NCBI GenBank assembly: GCA_012295275.1
Contig: CM022669.1
Location: forward strand, 12,586,001-12,650,000
DNA from: Chrysomallon squamiferum
Taxonomy: Eukaryota > Animalia > Mollusca
DNA length: 64,000 bases
Direction: 5' to 3'
A program made the position numbers and the translations under genes. Position 1 is the first letter of the stretch; each line of letters starts with the position of its first letter. Positions 25,496-39,110 of the stretch are shown one piece after another. Below the pieces are notes generated by a model. That model was not told the origin of the DNA and made no database searches. It was given only the letters and a program-made list of their open reading frames with translations.

Positions 25496-26889
25496 TACTC
25501 TAACAAAAAAGAAACGCAAAAGTAGATTTTATGGACATTACGAATATCTATCTAATGGATCAACAGGAAGCAGTTACACACACTTTCGCAATTCATTAAT
25601 ACTGATGGTATTACATTGAAAAGTTAAAGTTTAAGGTTATAACAGTATAATATCAATACCTTGTGTGCCCAACATGGGAGTCCAGAACTGCCTGACATCG
25701 CCTTCCCATGGCAGTAAAGACATTACGAATTACACCTTGTGGAATGGTGGCCCACTCTGTCATGAGTAATAATACCAACTGAGCACGATTCAGTGGCTGT
25801 GGTTGATGCTGCCTCAGTCGTCTATCCAACTCGTCCCATAAATGCTCTACAGGTAGGTACGCTGTGTAGGTACGCTTTTGTGAATTTGTTGTGCTGGAAT
25901 ACAGCGTTACCATTATTCATAATTGGAGCGACATGTGGCTGCAAAATTTCATCTCGGTATCTCTGTGCCGTTAAGTTGCCTTGATGTAAACCAGGTTGGT
26001 CCTTCCAGTATATGAGATTGCTGCCCACACCATCACACTACCACTGCCAGATCTGTCCGCTTCCTGTATGCAGTTTGCAGCAAAACGTTCACCACGACGT
26101 CTGTAAACTCCACATCTTCCATCAGCTCGTCGAAGCAGAAATCGAGCATCGTCACTATACCAGACAGTTCTCCATCGTAACTGAGGCCAGACTCTGCGCT
26201 TTTGACACCACTGACGTCGTAGCCGACGATGTTGTTGAGTGAAAACCACTCTTCTTACAGGCCGTCTGGCTCGAATACCTGCCTCGCGTAAACGATTGCA
26301 CACTGTCTGAGCCGATATTCTACGCAGACCTGGTATTGCTGAAGCAGTAGAGGTAGTCGTGGTGGTTCTTTCCCGTAGATGAAGTACCCGTATGTAGCGG
26401 TCCTGGGCCCTGGTGGTTACATGTGGTCTACCTGATCTGGGACGGTCACTTGTTGTTTGGTGTTGCTGGAACCGTTACCACAATCTCAAGATGGTGCTTG
26501 GGGATACATGGATTCGGCAGCTTGTAAACGGCCGATGGCGTTGTTTCGTTGCGGTTCACTCAGTCGTGGCATTTGTTTGATGTTGGGTCAGAACAAAAAT
26601 AAGGAACAGAAGTATTGGAAAACCTTGCCTTTTTATAACTCTCGTATTCAAGTTTCATGTGCCGCACGTGCACATGCACTGGCAACGTGGTTTGCATGCG
26701 GGGACGTTTTGGCTAATAAACACGATCATAGCCTCTATTTTGCGTTACCTGCTTTTTGGCGACTGTAACAAAAGCTATACGTTTGAAATACCAATTGTCA
26801 TTATATACATAATTTGTACATTGATATGTGTCAGTTTACAATATTTATCTAACAAATCAACCATTTTGCGGGGTTTTTTGGGGAGAGTA
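25496..26889 (-). mobile_element. Decayed Tc1-family DNA transposon (about 1.4 kb)
   Basis: Imperfect TIRs TACTCTAACAAAAAAGAAACGCAAAA and TTTTGCGGGGTTTTTTGGGGAGAGTA inside a (TA)n tract; the equivalent site is empty near 37750 and 51700. Confidence 0.9.
25653..26572 (-). pseudogene. Tc1 transposase pseudogene
   Basis: MPRLSEPQRNNAIGRLQA, DRPRSGRP, TVCNRLREAGIRARRP, VWYSDDARF, GSVMVWAAIS, GNLTAQRYRDEILQPHV, PVEHLWDELDRR; several frameshifts and a damaged DDE region. Confidence 0.9.
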
Positions 26890-27254
26890 TATATATATAT
26901 ATATATATATAATTTGAAATATTTTTGCACAACCTTTTCTAAATCAAAATTTCGTTACGTGCATATTTCACATTTATTTGGGTAATCTTAAAATCTGTCT
27001 AGATACATTGTGTCACATTAAAATGTTATTAATGAAACTGATAGAGATTAATTATAAAGGAAATTATGTTTTATCTTCCAGACAGCGTTACAAAATTGAT
27101 TTTATTCTTCGATGCAAATAACTATCTGCACGATCTAATCAGAGTAGAAGAATAAGGTGTGAAAATGTGAGGTAATATCTTTAAATATGTGTATGTATGT
27201 GTGTGTGCATTCGTGCGTGCGTGCGTTCGTGCCATTGTATATGTTGTGGATGTT

Positions 27255-27690
27255 CTTTCTCTTAGATATGTCATTTTTATAATAATGAGAACGATTACGA
27301 CAAGAGTTACACGTTTTCTACAGACAGCGGAGAGAAAACCGAGAAACTCCTTTCCAACGTCACGGACACCAACAACGACGTTGATGTGTAAATTGTCCAG
27401 TTGTCGACCCATAAATGCAGCTTACAAGCAAACGAACTGTACTCCCGAATGTCATAATTTACTAGTCGTATTAACCAAACTCTAAACAAACCGGTACAGA
27501 GAACCAAACTATCAAAGACTGCCAGGAATCTCAGATATAACGACGTGGATGTGTGCTTCATCGACGACTTCATCAAAACCACGAAAACCAAAATGTTACC
27601 TACAAGACCGATGCCAATGAGAAACGGAGGCGCGTATTTAAATATGTTAAGTGAGATTTTATATTCCTGGTACTCAGTGTAATCTGCCAT
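27255..27690 (-). pseudogene. Subtype-B GPCR pseudogene (TM1-TM3 intact, then frameshift and truncation)
   Basis: MADYTEYQEYKISLNIFKYAPPFLIGIGLVGN...LAVFD...VTLERSFSVF; TM4 fragment in another frame; ends in the shared CA-repeat tail. Confidence 0.9.
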
Positions 27691-28239
27691 TGTCTGTTTG
27701 ATTTCAAATTAATATAAACCTCACACAAAACACTGGAAAACCAGACTAAAAATTGATATTACTGTTCTAGTTTCAGAAATACTGGGCTTTTTTCAAAAAT
27801 TATCCATTCTTATATTTTATTATTATTATTATTATTATTATTTAACATATTCTCTTTCTAAATGTTTTAAGTACGTAATCCATACCTCTGTATGACATTA
27901 CTATCTTATACATATAACTCAAACATTGAAATCATATTTGGAAAAAAAAAAAAAACATCTTTGGGTTATCGAGCCGCAGTTTTTATAAATTAGTTTACAT
28001 CGGTTTTCATTAAATAATAGCTTAATCTAAAACTAATTCATTTGGATCCCTTTTAAAATATCCAAATAAAGACAAAATATATACATAACATAACATTTAT
28101 TTAGATATGGTTGTGTTTATGAATGTTTGTGTGTGTCTTTATGTGTGTGTGTGTGTGTGCGTGCGAGTGTATGCGTGTATATAAAGAATAAAAAATAATA
28201 ATAATATCTGTCTGTCTGTTTTCTGTCTGTCTGTCCATC

Positions 28240-28270
<31 letters not shown>

Positions 28271-29272
28271 CTATATATATATATGTTACATTTAATAAGT
28301 ATGATGTTTGTTTTTCTGTTTATTTTATTCATTACCTGCTTTGCAAAATCACAGAAGTCATTGTATGGCGTTATTTGAAATATGCAGTATCAGATGGTGT
28401 TTTGTTTGAATACTAGTAAGTTTCTTTCAGTATGTATAATAATTACTTGTTTATTACTATTGGATAACTGTCACATTTATTCATAGTAAAATAGTTTTTA
28501 ATATTGAACTGAAATATTTCTGTTTTGTGTATCTGAAAGACGTTTAACCAATATATCATACACTATTGCCGTATTCCTTGTATTTTCTAAAGTCAAAAAT
28601 CGCTAATTATAAACAAGATTATTTCCAAGATAAAAGCTGCTCTCTCGAGAGAGAATTACTCCGCCCATCAGTTCAACCTACAGCTGCTGTCCATTTATTT
28701 ACACTTAACAAACAACTAATATAAAGACATTCTATTCGACATCTTAGTTTATCCTTTATTATTCTGGTTGATCTAAGAAAGTGTTTTAGAGTATGAATGA
28801 GGGGTCCTGATTTGTAGAAAGGAGTCGAGAAAGCAGAGGTTAAACAACAAGAACAAACATAAAAACATCAGATAGAGAACTTGTTTGATATCTCCATTTC
28901 TCCACTGATTTTGGATATATATTTGGTCAACCATTTATAGTAAAATTTTGTAACAATAACATCACTAACCCGCAGCAAGAACGGACAGAAAACCTGTTTG
29001 ATAACTGAGTTTTTCCATTTTTATTAAGGACGACTGAAGAACATTTGTGAAGAACTACAAAACTGGGAGTAATTTCGATATAAATTTGGTTTTCATTAAC
29101 AAGAACAAGAACAACCGGTACATCATTACCGACAACAGAAACAGAATTGTGTGAGGTTAGCTTTTCAGTTAGTCTTCATTACTAACTAATACTGGAATTA
29201 AATTAAAATGAGTAAACCGCATTTAGTGATAAATCATTATAAATAAGAATATTTATGTTGTAAATTAGAAAT

Positions 29273-29501
29273 ATGTGTGAGATATCCGATTTTCCTGAAT
29301 TATAGAGCTGCTGTCGCTAATTGGAAATCCGTTCATGTTGACATTAGGACTGGTGAATTGAGATAGTGCATGGAAAATATATTGATGTACACAAAGAACT
29401 GTATCAATTTCGTGTTATACTGCAGTACTTGACAACGATTTCGACAGCGGAGACAGTCTGAAATCTACAGTGTGCCGGTGACCCAGGGTGATACTGTATA
29501 A
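29273..29501 (+). pseudogene. Subtype-A GPCR remnant with TM1 joined to TM7 by a large deletion
   Basis: ATGTGTGAGATATCCGATTTTCCTGAA...TTAGGACTGGTG joins AATTGAGATAGTGCATGGAAAAT...TGTATCAATTTCGTGTTATACTGC...ACTGTATAA. Confidence 0.88.
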
Positions 29502-29755
29502 TCTAAGGATTCAGTTAATTGTCTATTGTTTGCTTCAGATTTTCTATTTAGTCTAATTTATTGCATATTGACATACGCCTCTTGGTAGCATTCAACATAT
29601 TCAAGTTTTACCTTTTAGACAGACCAAAAGGTTTTCTTTTAATAATAGTCGAGATAACAGATTTTATGGAACACACTAGATATAGATTTTATCAAGGATT
29701 ATTTAGGAGATAATAGTTGCTATATATTATTGTTCATATTAACAATGATCAATAG

Positions 29756-29829
<74 letters not shown>

Positions 29830-30039
29830 CTTTGGATGTTCATTTATTTATTTATGTATATATATATTTAAAGATAAGTGCTCGGCATAAATACTTTACT
29901 TGAGTCAGCATTACTTAAAATATAACTTATATATATATTTCTTATTTTAACATTATATTTCTTTCAGAACCATATATCTTTTTCCTGACAGTTAATTTTA
30001 AGAGTTTCATCAGACTGTCGGACGTACATTTTTCTCTGG

Positions 30040-30073
<34 letters not shown>

Positions 30074-30168
30074 GTAAATTTCAAAGCTTCATAAATTTCT
30101 TGATAAATATCACAAAGAGATGAACTAGGTATCGCTAAAAAGTTCATTTCAGAATGTTTCCAATAATA

Positions 30169-30200
<32 letters not shown>

Positions 30201-32338
30201 ACTACTAATAATAATAACAATAAGTAAAAGAAAAAATTGAATCTTCAGTTAGAAAATCGATATCACATACCTAATTAAAGTGAATTGGTGAAACGTGAAG
30301 AAATAGTCTTAATATATATTTTTTTATACAAGTCATGTACTGTTACTTATTTAATTTTCTGTGCAGTCTTAATTAATAACTATCAGGAGAGTCAAACAAA
30401 TAGTCAGGCGTTACTATTGTAGTATAGCTGATTACGTCATCTCGTACAAGCCGGATCTATTTGTTGTGAAGTTTCTTTCACCACCAGAAAAATACATAGG
30501 CCAGTTATTAAGACGTTCAAAAGTATACTTTAATCAACCTCGTAAGGAAAAAAAATAAAACAAATAACACAGGATCAGTCACATTATGAGTGCTTTTTTA
30601 AAAGAAAAAACAAGCTGCAGTCATTAATATATATATAACCAGAAGTGGAAGACATCTCGAAAGTGTCTGATCAAACACTTTGACAAACTAGCGAAATCTA
30701 ACTTTTTGACAATACGATTCACTCTGCGTATAATTTGAAAGTGTAACTTTTTATTATCTACAAATCAGTGTAAACTAGACATGCTATTTCACATATTAAA
30801 CTTTATATATAGGTATCTAAGTGTTAACATCAGACTGATACGCATATATTCATTGTGATATAGAAATACTCGATTTTCAAGGGTTATTGTTTATCATCTG
30901 TGGATTTTTTGTATTCTCCTTTAATTAGTAAACTTATGTTCTAGACCTTGATGAAACTTTATTATTAATATATAAATATTTTCAAAGCAAATATCAGAAT
31001 AGGCTGAAATATAAATAATTCTAGAGATGAAGAAGATGATTATTAATATCATTTCTAGAAGACGACATTCGGTTTACGTACAAGTATTAAAATATTAGCT
31101 CACATTTGTTGATATACTCAAATGAAAAAAGAGTGTTAATAATGAAATGTACATAATCTTATTGTTGTCTACTGCATCAGCGTTTGTTTATTTAAATTAA
31201 TGGAAATCTTGAATACAGTCTTTGATGAAGAAAACCGTGATGTTTGTTTTCAATATATATTTTAGTCGTAAAAAAGCCAACGCAACTATTTAATCAGTTT
31301 TAAGACGTTCCAGGTTTAAAAAAAAGTATATGTAAACAAAAATGAAAGTAACGATAATAATAATTATGAAATATTGGTTAAAGAATTGCATGGAAGTTGA
31401 ATATTTACAGTTTTAATAACAGTTTCATCGGAGAAAATATAAATTTTGACTTACATTAGAAACCCCCCAAAAAACAACAACAACAACAACAAAAAAACCC
31501 CAACAAATTCAAAGGAAACAAATATTCCTAATTAAAATTATTAATTTGTGAGTGAAAACAGTTTAGTCCAAAAAATTAAATTGTTAATAGAGACCAAAAG
31601 ACAAGGACTTTTATTTTTTCTGTTTTGAACAGAAGGCACTAATGTAAATTTTTCTGTTGATAAAAAAATCTTACATTCTTTTTCTCTGAAAGTAGTTTAT
31701 TAGCGTTAATGTGTTTGTAAGTGTATTGAATCAATAAGATGTCATATAAAAAAAAAAAAATAATAAAAAAAAAAAAAAAGTATAATAATTTCAAATGTGT
31801 TGTTTTATTATTATTTTTTCAGCTATATTCAGTGTCAGAAGAGATTTTTTCAAAGGCATCAATTAGTTTGATTCGATTGCTGTCATGCGTTATAAATTAT
31901 AAAAAAATAACAATAATAATAATTCAAATGTTTTATTTTATTATTATTTTTTGCATTATGCTAGAAGCCCGAAATCCTTTTATATTATGAGTACGTCGAC
32001 CAAGTGATAAAAAAAAACAACATAAAATAAAGTTACAAAACGACAATTAATATAGCCAAATCAAATAATAATAATAATTTTAAAAAAATAACAATAATAA
32101 TAATAATTTTGAATTTGTTATTTTATTATTATTTTTTATACTCTGCTAGAAGCCCAAGACCCTTTTACATTATGAATATGTAGGCTATAGACAGAACAGC
32201 CCACTTACAAATCTTTTACTTAATAAAATAAAATTTAAACACCTGTAGCAGAAAGGAAAAAAACAATAAAAAGAACCCCCGAAATCTTTTGTTTTTAAAT
32301 CGACAAAATGACCATCAAAATAACAACAGCAAAATATT

Positions 32339-32392
<54 letters not shown>

Positions 32393-32499
32393 TTTAGCAA
32401 TTACATACAAGATATGAAATATGGACAATCGGATTGCAGATGGAATTTCTTTGCACACATTATTTCACTGATACGTCATTTGTAAATGTAGCCAGCAGT

Positions 32500-32742
32500 A
32501 ACGCGTTGTCACGGGATCAACGTCTTTACTTTAATTTCATCTGACGAAACGGAGGTGTACATAGACAAAAATGGTGAGAGACACTCCATAATGTGTGTGT
32601 ACACCAGCGACATTGATGACAGCAGTACATCGTCGTCTCATGCTTCTAATGAGAACATTAATCTATCTTATCTTGGAGTAGATAATCGTGGTCTACCAGA
32701 ATGTGGTTGATCTCGCATTTGCTCAGTTTGATGTACGCGTTA
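32500..32742 (-). mobile_element. Old Tc1/mariner transposase relic (unit copy)
   Basis: Minus strand RDQPHSGRPRLSTPR*DRL; homologous to 18208-18438. Confidence 0.7.
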
Positions 32743-32749
32743 TATATAT

Positions 32750-34558
32750 ATATATATATAAATATAAATCTAATGGCCGAAGTAATTGTTATTCTTATTA
32801 TATATTGATCAGAACTCAATATTTTTTATTTTTTTTTGCAGAATATTTGAAGCGACTAAAAATCACGATAAATGAGAAATTAAGGGGAAAATCACAACAA
32901 AAAGAAGAAAAAGAAATAGAAGAAATAGAAGAAAAAGAAGAAGAAGAAGAACAACAAAATACAATGATAACTGTCTGGGTTATTTTATTAAATACATTTT
33001 ATTACTAGCTAAAACAGGTATCCGTAAAATAAAAAATAAAAAAACGAAAAAAAAAAAAAAAGCCAGCAATAACTTGGTACTAATATAGTACATATATGAA
33101 AGACAAACATTAATAAAGAAGTGCTTTTGTTTGATTATTTTTTATTTACCATGAGTAACATATTAATAATTACATCTACAAACATAATCTTTAGAAGTTA
33201 ATACAATGTACCTGTGTTTGATTGTTCAGTAACAAAAACTGTCCAATTTAAGTAATAGGTTCAGGGACACTAAACACAAATATCCAACATTATTATCATT
33301 TGAATATACTAAGAAATAGAAATCGATGTATACAAATATATTTTTATATTAAATAATTATATAAGACATATTTTATTGAAAACCTAAAAACAATAATTAG
33401 ATGTATTATTGTCTTAAGTCATTTGATACAATATGCTAGTAATGCGTATTTCAGCAAAATAATTAAAAACGTCTGAACATAACTATTGATCTTGTTGTCT
33501 GGATGCTGAAACTATGAGCTCATTTTGATTTTGTTAATATAGTCAGGAGAGACAACACTAGGCAATAACCAGTTTGTCTATAACATTAGATTTTGTCTCC
33601 CTTCGTTCGCAGAAAAACGTATTTTATTTAAAACGTCTGACATTTTAATATATAGTTAAAAACAGGAAAGCAGCTATCGATAAGCAATTTTCTGATATTT
33701 TTGAATAATTTGTACGCAAGAAGAATATTTTAAAATCAATTGTGAATTGGAAAGATTTTGCGATCTAGTTTTTTTCATTTGCAATATCGAGAATGGAACC
33801 TTCATCATAAGGTAGTTTCTTTTAGTTTTTTATTTGTTTATATGTATGTATATATGACGACAGACCGATTTTTGTCTCACTTAGCTGGGCCCTTAACCAG
33901 AGAAAATTGGTACTAACTTCCTTATTAAAGCACGGATCTCATTTCAGGTTATATCTGTTTCTTGAATTCGCTGGTAGATATATATATATTTTTTTACTTA
34001 TTGTGATATTTTGTATTGTTGTGCAGTTAAGGTACACTTCTCGAAAATGTCGGTAACATACTGATTATTTATACAGACAAAATAGAAGTCCGAAATATAC
34101 TCATTATAATATAGACCGGTGTGTTTTGAAAAAGAGAAGACACTGAGGGAAAACTTGGGACTGTGGAGTTGACAGCCATTATTAGGGGACTGTTTTGGTA
34201 ACTATTTTACGTTATATTTTGTTTAAGTCTGAAGCAGTAAGTAATAAATTGTTAAAAACACTTTGGATTGTTGTGAGTTCCGATGAAAACAATATTAACT
34301 AGAAGAAAACCTAAAACTAAAACAATAATTTAATTACGCCGTATTTCTAAATTCTTTGTTTATTACATAAAAACAGCCTAATTACCATATTACTCAGAAA
34401 TTAATCATTTTTATTATGAGTGTTATTTCTGCTTTAAGTTTTGTTTCTAAAATGAGGTAAAATTTATCTTTTTCTAATGATATAATATTTTAGCTTGGTG
34501 CTTCTTAAAATTGTTTAAATATTTATGTGTACTTTTAACATGTGTGTGTGTGTGTGTT

Positions 34559-34613
<55 letters not shown>

Positions 34614-35234
34614 ATCTATATCTAATGTTTTCTACCGAATGGCGTCTTACGGAAGCAATATTAATTAATACGATTCTGGTATTTACATCCATGCCTGTAG
34701 TATAAATCAGCTATGGATATGTGAAAATAAAATAACTTTGTATGGAGTTCATCTCTTTTTATACAAATGAAGTAAGTTAGATCACACTTTTACTATAATA
34801 AAAGACTTGTAACTCCTTAGCATACATTTATGACCGAAAACGTGATAAAATACATAGTAATTAAAAAAAATCTAAATAAAGCAAAATAATAACAAAAAAA
34901 CAACAACAAAAAACAACAACAAAAAACCGCACCCCTCCGAAAAATAAAAAAATACCCAATAACAACATTTTTGCTGTAGCGGAGAATATACTAAATATAA
35001 TAAGCAAGCCAGCAGAATAACAAATAAAATTAAAAAGGTATGTTATGATCTCAAAAACCGTTCAAAATAAACAAACGAACAACCACTAACAACAAGTATC
35101 TGAGTTTTTAGTGGACACTGATTTAATACAAAAATTTGACTACGTAACATGATCGTAAAAAGGTCAAGACTACATTTGCACATTTCCATCCAAGAATATA
35201 TCAAACTGGATAATTCAGAAATCGTCTATTGCTA

Positions 35235-35266
<32 letters not shown>

Positions 35267-36033
35267 GTTATTATTATTTCAGTAATAAGATTATCAATAT
35301 AGCAAATAAAGAATAACATACAATGATTTTTTTGTTTATTTTGACGACTTTATTTAATTAAAACAGTCGATTTGCAGCGACACATCTGTGAAAAACTATT
35401 TAAAAACACTGAATGCCTAGACGCTTAGGATTGGTGAAAAGAAAATAAGAAAGATTTGTAAATCGTTTATGTTAGATTCTAATTTACAACCAGGTCATAA
35501 ATTACTCGGAATAAATATTAATTTTAGATGCATATGTTGCTCCAAATGAAAAAATCACATTAAAGTAAACAAAAATATATAAATAATAAATAAAAAAATA
35601 ATAACAACAGCATTAGTGTATAATAAATAAATAAATACCTAAAGGAAATAATATTAACAATAACACGTAGCAGACCGATACACTGAAATTTTTATCAGGT
35701 AAACAATCTTTGAATAATTTCGACATTTAGGATGTTCTATGAAATATGTCATCTAGACTTTCAGTAAAAGAAAAACTTCGAAATGAGAAATTGAGAAACA
35801 GAAAGTGTTGGACAAGAAGTATATATTAAAAACACTATATCATTTCTCGTCATCGAGAGCAATTATAATAAACAGAAAATCTGAAAAGATCACTATCTGT
35901 AAGTTATTTACATGAAGTTAACGCAGTGACTTTATGTTTTTTCTTTGAAAGGTCCATCGTCAGTATTAGTAAAGAGGTTATAAATATTCTAATAATGATT
36001 AATAAAAGACAGACAATTAAGTGAAGGTTTATA
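32750..36033 (+). repeat. Recent segmental duplication block (near-identical to about 42605-45882 and 46672-49920)
   Basis: Long stretches read identically in the three places, differing mainly in microsatellite length and scattered substitutions. Confidence 0.92.
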
Positions 36034-37074
36034 TTACACAGTATGATTCTGCGTCATTGGCACACTGTAGATCTCAGAACGTCTCCGCTTACGACTACAA
36101 AACAAAGTCCTCATTTCTTGTCGAAATCGTTGTCCAGTACTGCAGTATAACACAAAATTGATACAGTTGTTTGTGTACATCAACATATTGACCAGGCACC
36201 ATCTAAGTTGTTCTTGTGCCTCGGCCGAAACATTTTCGACTTCTTTTTGAAAAATATTGCCATATATGACTATTATACAAATAGGAGTTGTACAAATTAC
36301 GTACGTCGAACTTACGAGAAGCAACATGAATGTGATGGATGAGTTCTGATTTCGTCGAACTGATGCAGATCTGTTCTGAACGTTGGTTCCATTGGACGTG
36401 TCATTCTGCAAAATCTGTCGATTTCCAGAAACAATTTTGTATATGATTAAAATGTTACATACGATGAGAATGAACGAAGGTAAGAAACTATATACAGGAA
36501 AATCTATCCACGGCCAAACTGTGATTTCAAATTCGTAGTACTCATCTGTAAGATAATCACAATAATATATATATGTCTCATTTCCGTCGGTTTCTTCAAA
36601 GTCGCCAAGTCCAAAAATGTAATGTCCTGGCAAAACGGCCATTATTAAAATTATGGACACAATTATAGCAATAGTTACAGGCTTTGTACATATCGTTCTT
36701 ACTTTATGTGGAAACCAGACAGACAAACATCTTTCCAACGTCACCGACACCAACATCCACGCTGACATGTACGCCGTCGAACAGATCGCCCATGTCAGCA
36801 GCTTGCATGCAGTCGGGCTGTATGATGTGATGTCGTAATTAACTAGATATTTTAACCAGAGTTTTAACAAGCCAGTACAGAGAACGAGACTGTCGAAGAC
36901 AGCCAGACATCTCAAATACAGCGACATTGTCGTTTTGCGCATTGATGATGACCATGACAAAACAATGAACGCTAAAGTGTTACCCACCAGTCCTAGTGTC
37001 AGCATGAACGGCGGAACGTATTTCCAAATAGCAACAGCAGCTTTGTATTCAGGATAATCGGATAACTCAGACAT
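36034..37074 (-). CDS. Intronless class A GPCR, subtype A copy 3 (346 aa, intact)
   Basis: Full ORF with the 7TM motifs. Confidence 0.93.
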   Translation of the reverse strand: MSELSDYPEYKAAVAIWKYVPPFMLTLGLVGNTLAFIVLSWSSSMRKTTMSLYLRCLAVFDSLVLCTGLLKLWLKYLVNYDITSYSPTACKLLTWAICSTAYMSAWMLVSVTLERCLSVWFPHKVRTICTKPVTIAIIVSIILIMAVLPGHYIFGLGDFEETDGNETYIYYCDYLTDEYYEFEITVWPWIDFPVYSFLPSFILIVCNILIIYKIVSGNRQILQNDTSNGTNVQNRSASVRRNQNSSITFMLLLVSSTYVICTTPICIIVIYGNIFQKEVENVSAEAQEQLRWCLVNMLMYTNNCINFVLYCSTGQRFRQEMRTLFCSRKRRRSEIYSVPMTQNHTV

Positions 37075-38074
37075 GGTTCTTTAATCAAACTATTGGTAAT
37101 TTAAGTTGTTTATTCTTTCCAGTTTAAGGAATTCAGTCCAAAAATCTAAATTCACACAATTCTATTTCGTTCGAGGTTATTGTGCAGCGCTTGTTGTTGT
37201 TGTTCTTGTTAATGTCAACCAAACGTATATCGAAATTACTGTATCTGTTATGTAGTTTAAAACATGTCCTTTTGTCGTCCTTAAGAAGTATCAAACAGTT
37301 TTCCTATCCGTTCTTGTTGCTGGGGCTGCTGGTGTTGTTACAAATACATATCAAAATTCTCGCTCTGTTGTTGTTGTTCTTACTGTCAAATCTCAAATTA
37401 ATATTTACAGATCACAACAGCGTGTTTTATAGTATTAGAAACATGAGAAATGGACGAGAAGAACAATGCAAACATTTCAAATGTCGAATAGAAACTGTTT
37501 TTCTCATCGGTTCGTTAAGTTTAACCAATAGGAGTGCACTGTATTGATTTAATGGGCGGAGCATTTTTACGTATTATAGGTGACCCGTAAATACGTAAAT
37601 ATAAATATATATATATATAGAGAGAGAGATATAGATATACACACACACACACACATACAGACATACACATATGTCTATCTGTCTATCTATGTATCTATTT
37701 ATCTGTGTGTTTAGAATCTATAAAGATAAGGTTAAGTCTTACTGATAAAATGTGTATATATATATATATATATATGCATATAATTTGAAACATATTTGCA
37801 CAACTTTTTTAAGCAAATATTTCGTTATTTGGTTAATCTTAAAACTGTATCACTTTAAAGTGTTATTAATTAAACGGATATAGATTAATTTATAAAGGAA
37901 ATTATGTTTTGTATTCCAGAGAGTGTTACGGTATTGATTTTATTCTTCGATGCAAATAACTATCTGCACTATCTAATCAGAGTAGAAGTATAAGGTGTGA
38001 AAATGTGAGGTAATATCTTTAAATACGTTTGAGAGTATGCCTGTGTGCGTGCGTGGGTGCGTCGTTTCGTACGT

Positions 38075-38410
38075 GGGTGCGTCGTTTCATACGTGTGCTT
38101 ATGTTCTGAATGGTGTTTCTGCTGGACTTGTCATTTTTCAGAACCTGTCGATTACTGGTAACAATGTCATGATCTACTAGTCGTACTAACCACACTCTAA
38201 GCAAACCGGTATTGGATAAACCAAACTATCAGAGAATGCCAGGAATCTTAGATATAACGAGGCTGATGTGTGCTTCATCGACAACTGCACAAAAAAAGAA
38301 ACGAAAACCAGAATATAATCTACAAAACCGATGCCAATGAGAAACGGAGTCCCATATTTAAAGAAATTATTTGAAATTTCATGTTCCTCATAGTCAGTGG
38401 AATCTGCCAT
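38075..38410 (-). pseudogene. Subtype-B GPCR pseudogene (frameshifted, TM3-TM5 deleted)
   Basis: MADSTDYEEHEISNNFFKYGTPFLIGIG...SLYLRFLA; frameshift, then LRVWLVRLVDHDIV joined to SNRQVLKND. Confidence 0.88.
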
Positions 38411-38582
38411 AGTCTTTTTGATTTGAAATCAATAACACAACTTAATAATTATTATTATTTCTTCTTTGTTTTTTTTTAGATAAATTATATATCGTTGTTT
38501 AGACCTATTTTATATAAAATTTGTCCAAGAGTTCCCAAATTCCATGATATTTATTATTATTATTGTTTTTTATATATATATA

Positions 38583-38628
<46 letters not shown>

Positions 38629-38634
38629 TTCCAG

Positions 38635-39110
38635 GTACTTGGCTATTTGCCGATCGCCAGAAAGAAGGGTGACCATTAAGAACTCAAAAATAGCGATTGC
38701 CATCACTTGGCTGATTGCGTTGGCAATTCCTGTTCCATGGGCTGTTTATTACTCGGAATTCGAGCGAAAGACGCCGCTGCAGGCTGTGAAAATATGTCAC
38801 CAATTATGGCCAAACTTCGAGTTTCAGAAAGCCTATTTTGTTACCGCCATTTTCTTCGGCTGCTACATCTTGCCGCTGTTTATTGTTCTCGTCTAACAGC
38901 AGCATACATCCAGTTATTTATTGTTTCTTCAGCAAAAACTTTAGATGCGGCTTCGCTTCCATGCTGCATTGCGTGACTCGACGCAGAGAAAGGCACATGT
39001 CAGCGGGTTATTCCAGCACAACAAAATATATGATGATCGAATACGTCAACGGCCACGTGACCATAACTTTCAAGAAAGATAACCGAGAAGAAAGTTCTTC
39101 AACAATATAA
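38635..39110 (+). pseudogene. SIFamide/NPFF-receptor-like terminal exon, internally deleted copy
   Basis: TTTTCCAG acceptor then YLAICRSPERR...FGCYILPLFIVLV joined at GTCT (38891-38894) to SNSSIHPVIYCFFSKNFR...EESSSTI*; lacks 251 bp present at 53966-54216. Confidence 0.88.

Noticed and set aside
37182-37547. Leucine-rich 121-125 aa ORFs repeated upstream of A genes (also 51051-51428 and 24783-24983)
   Set aside because: Derived from TTG-rich upstream sequence; shared only because of recent duplication and not open in older units.
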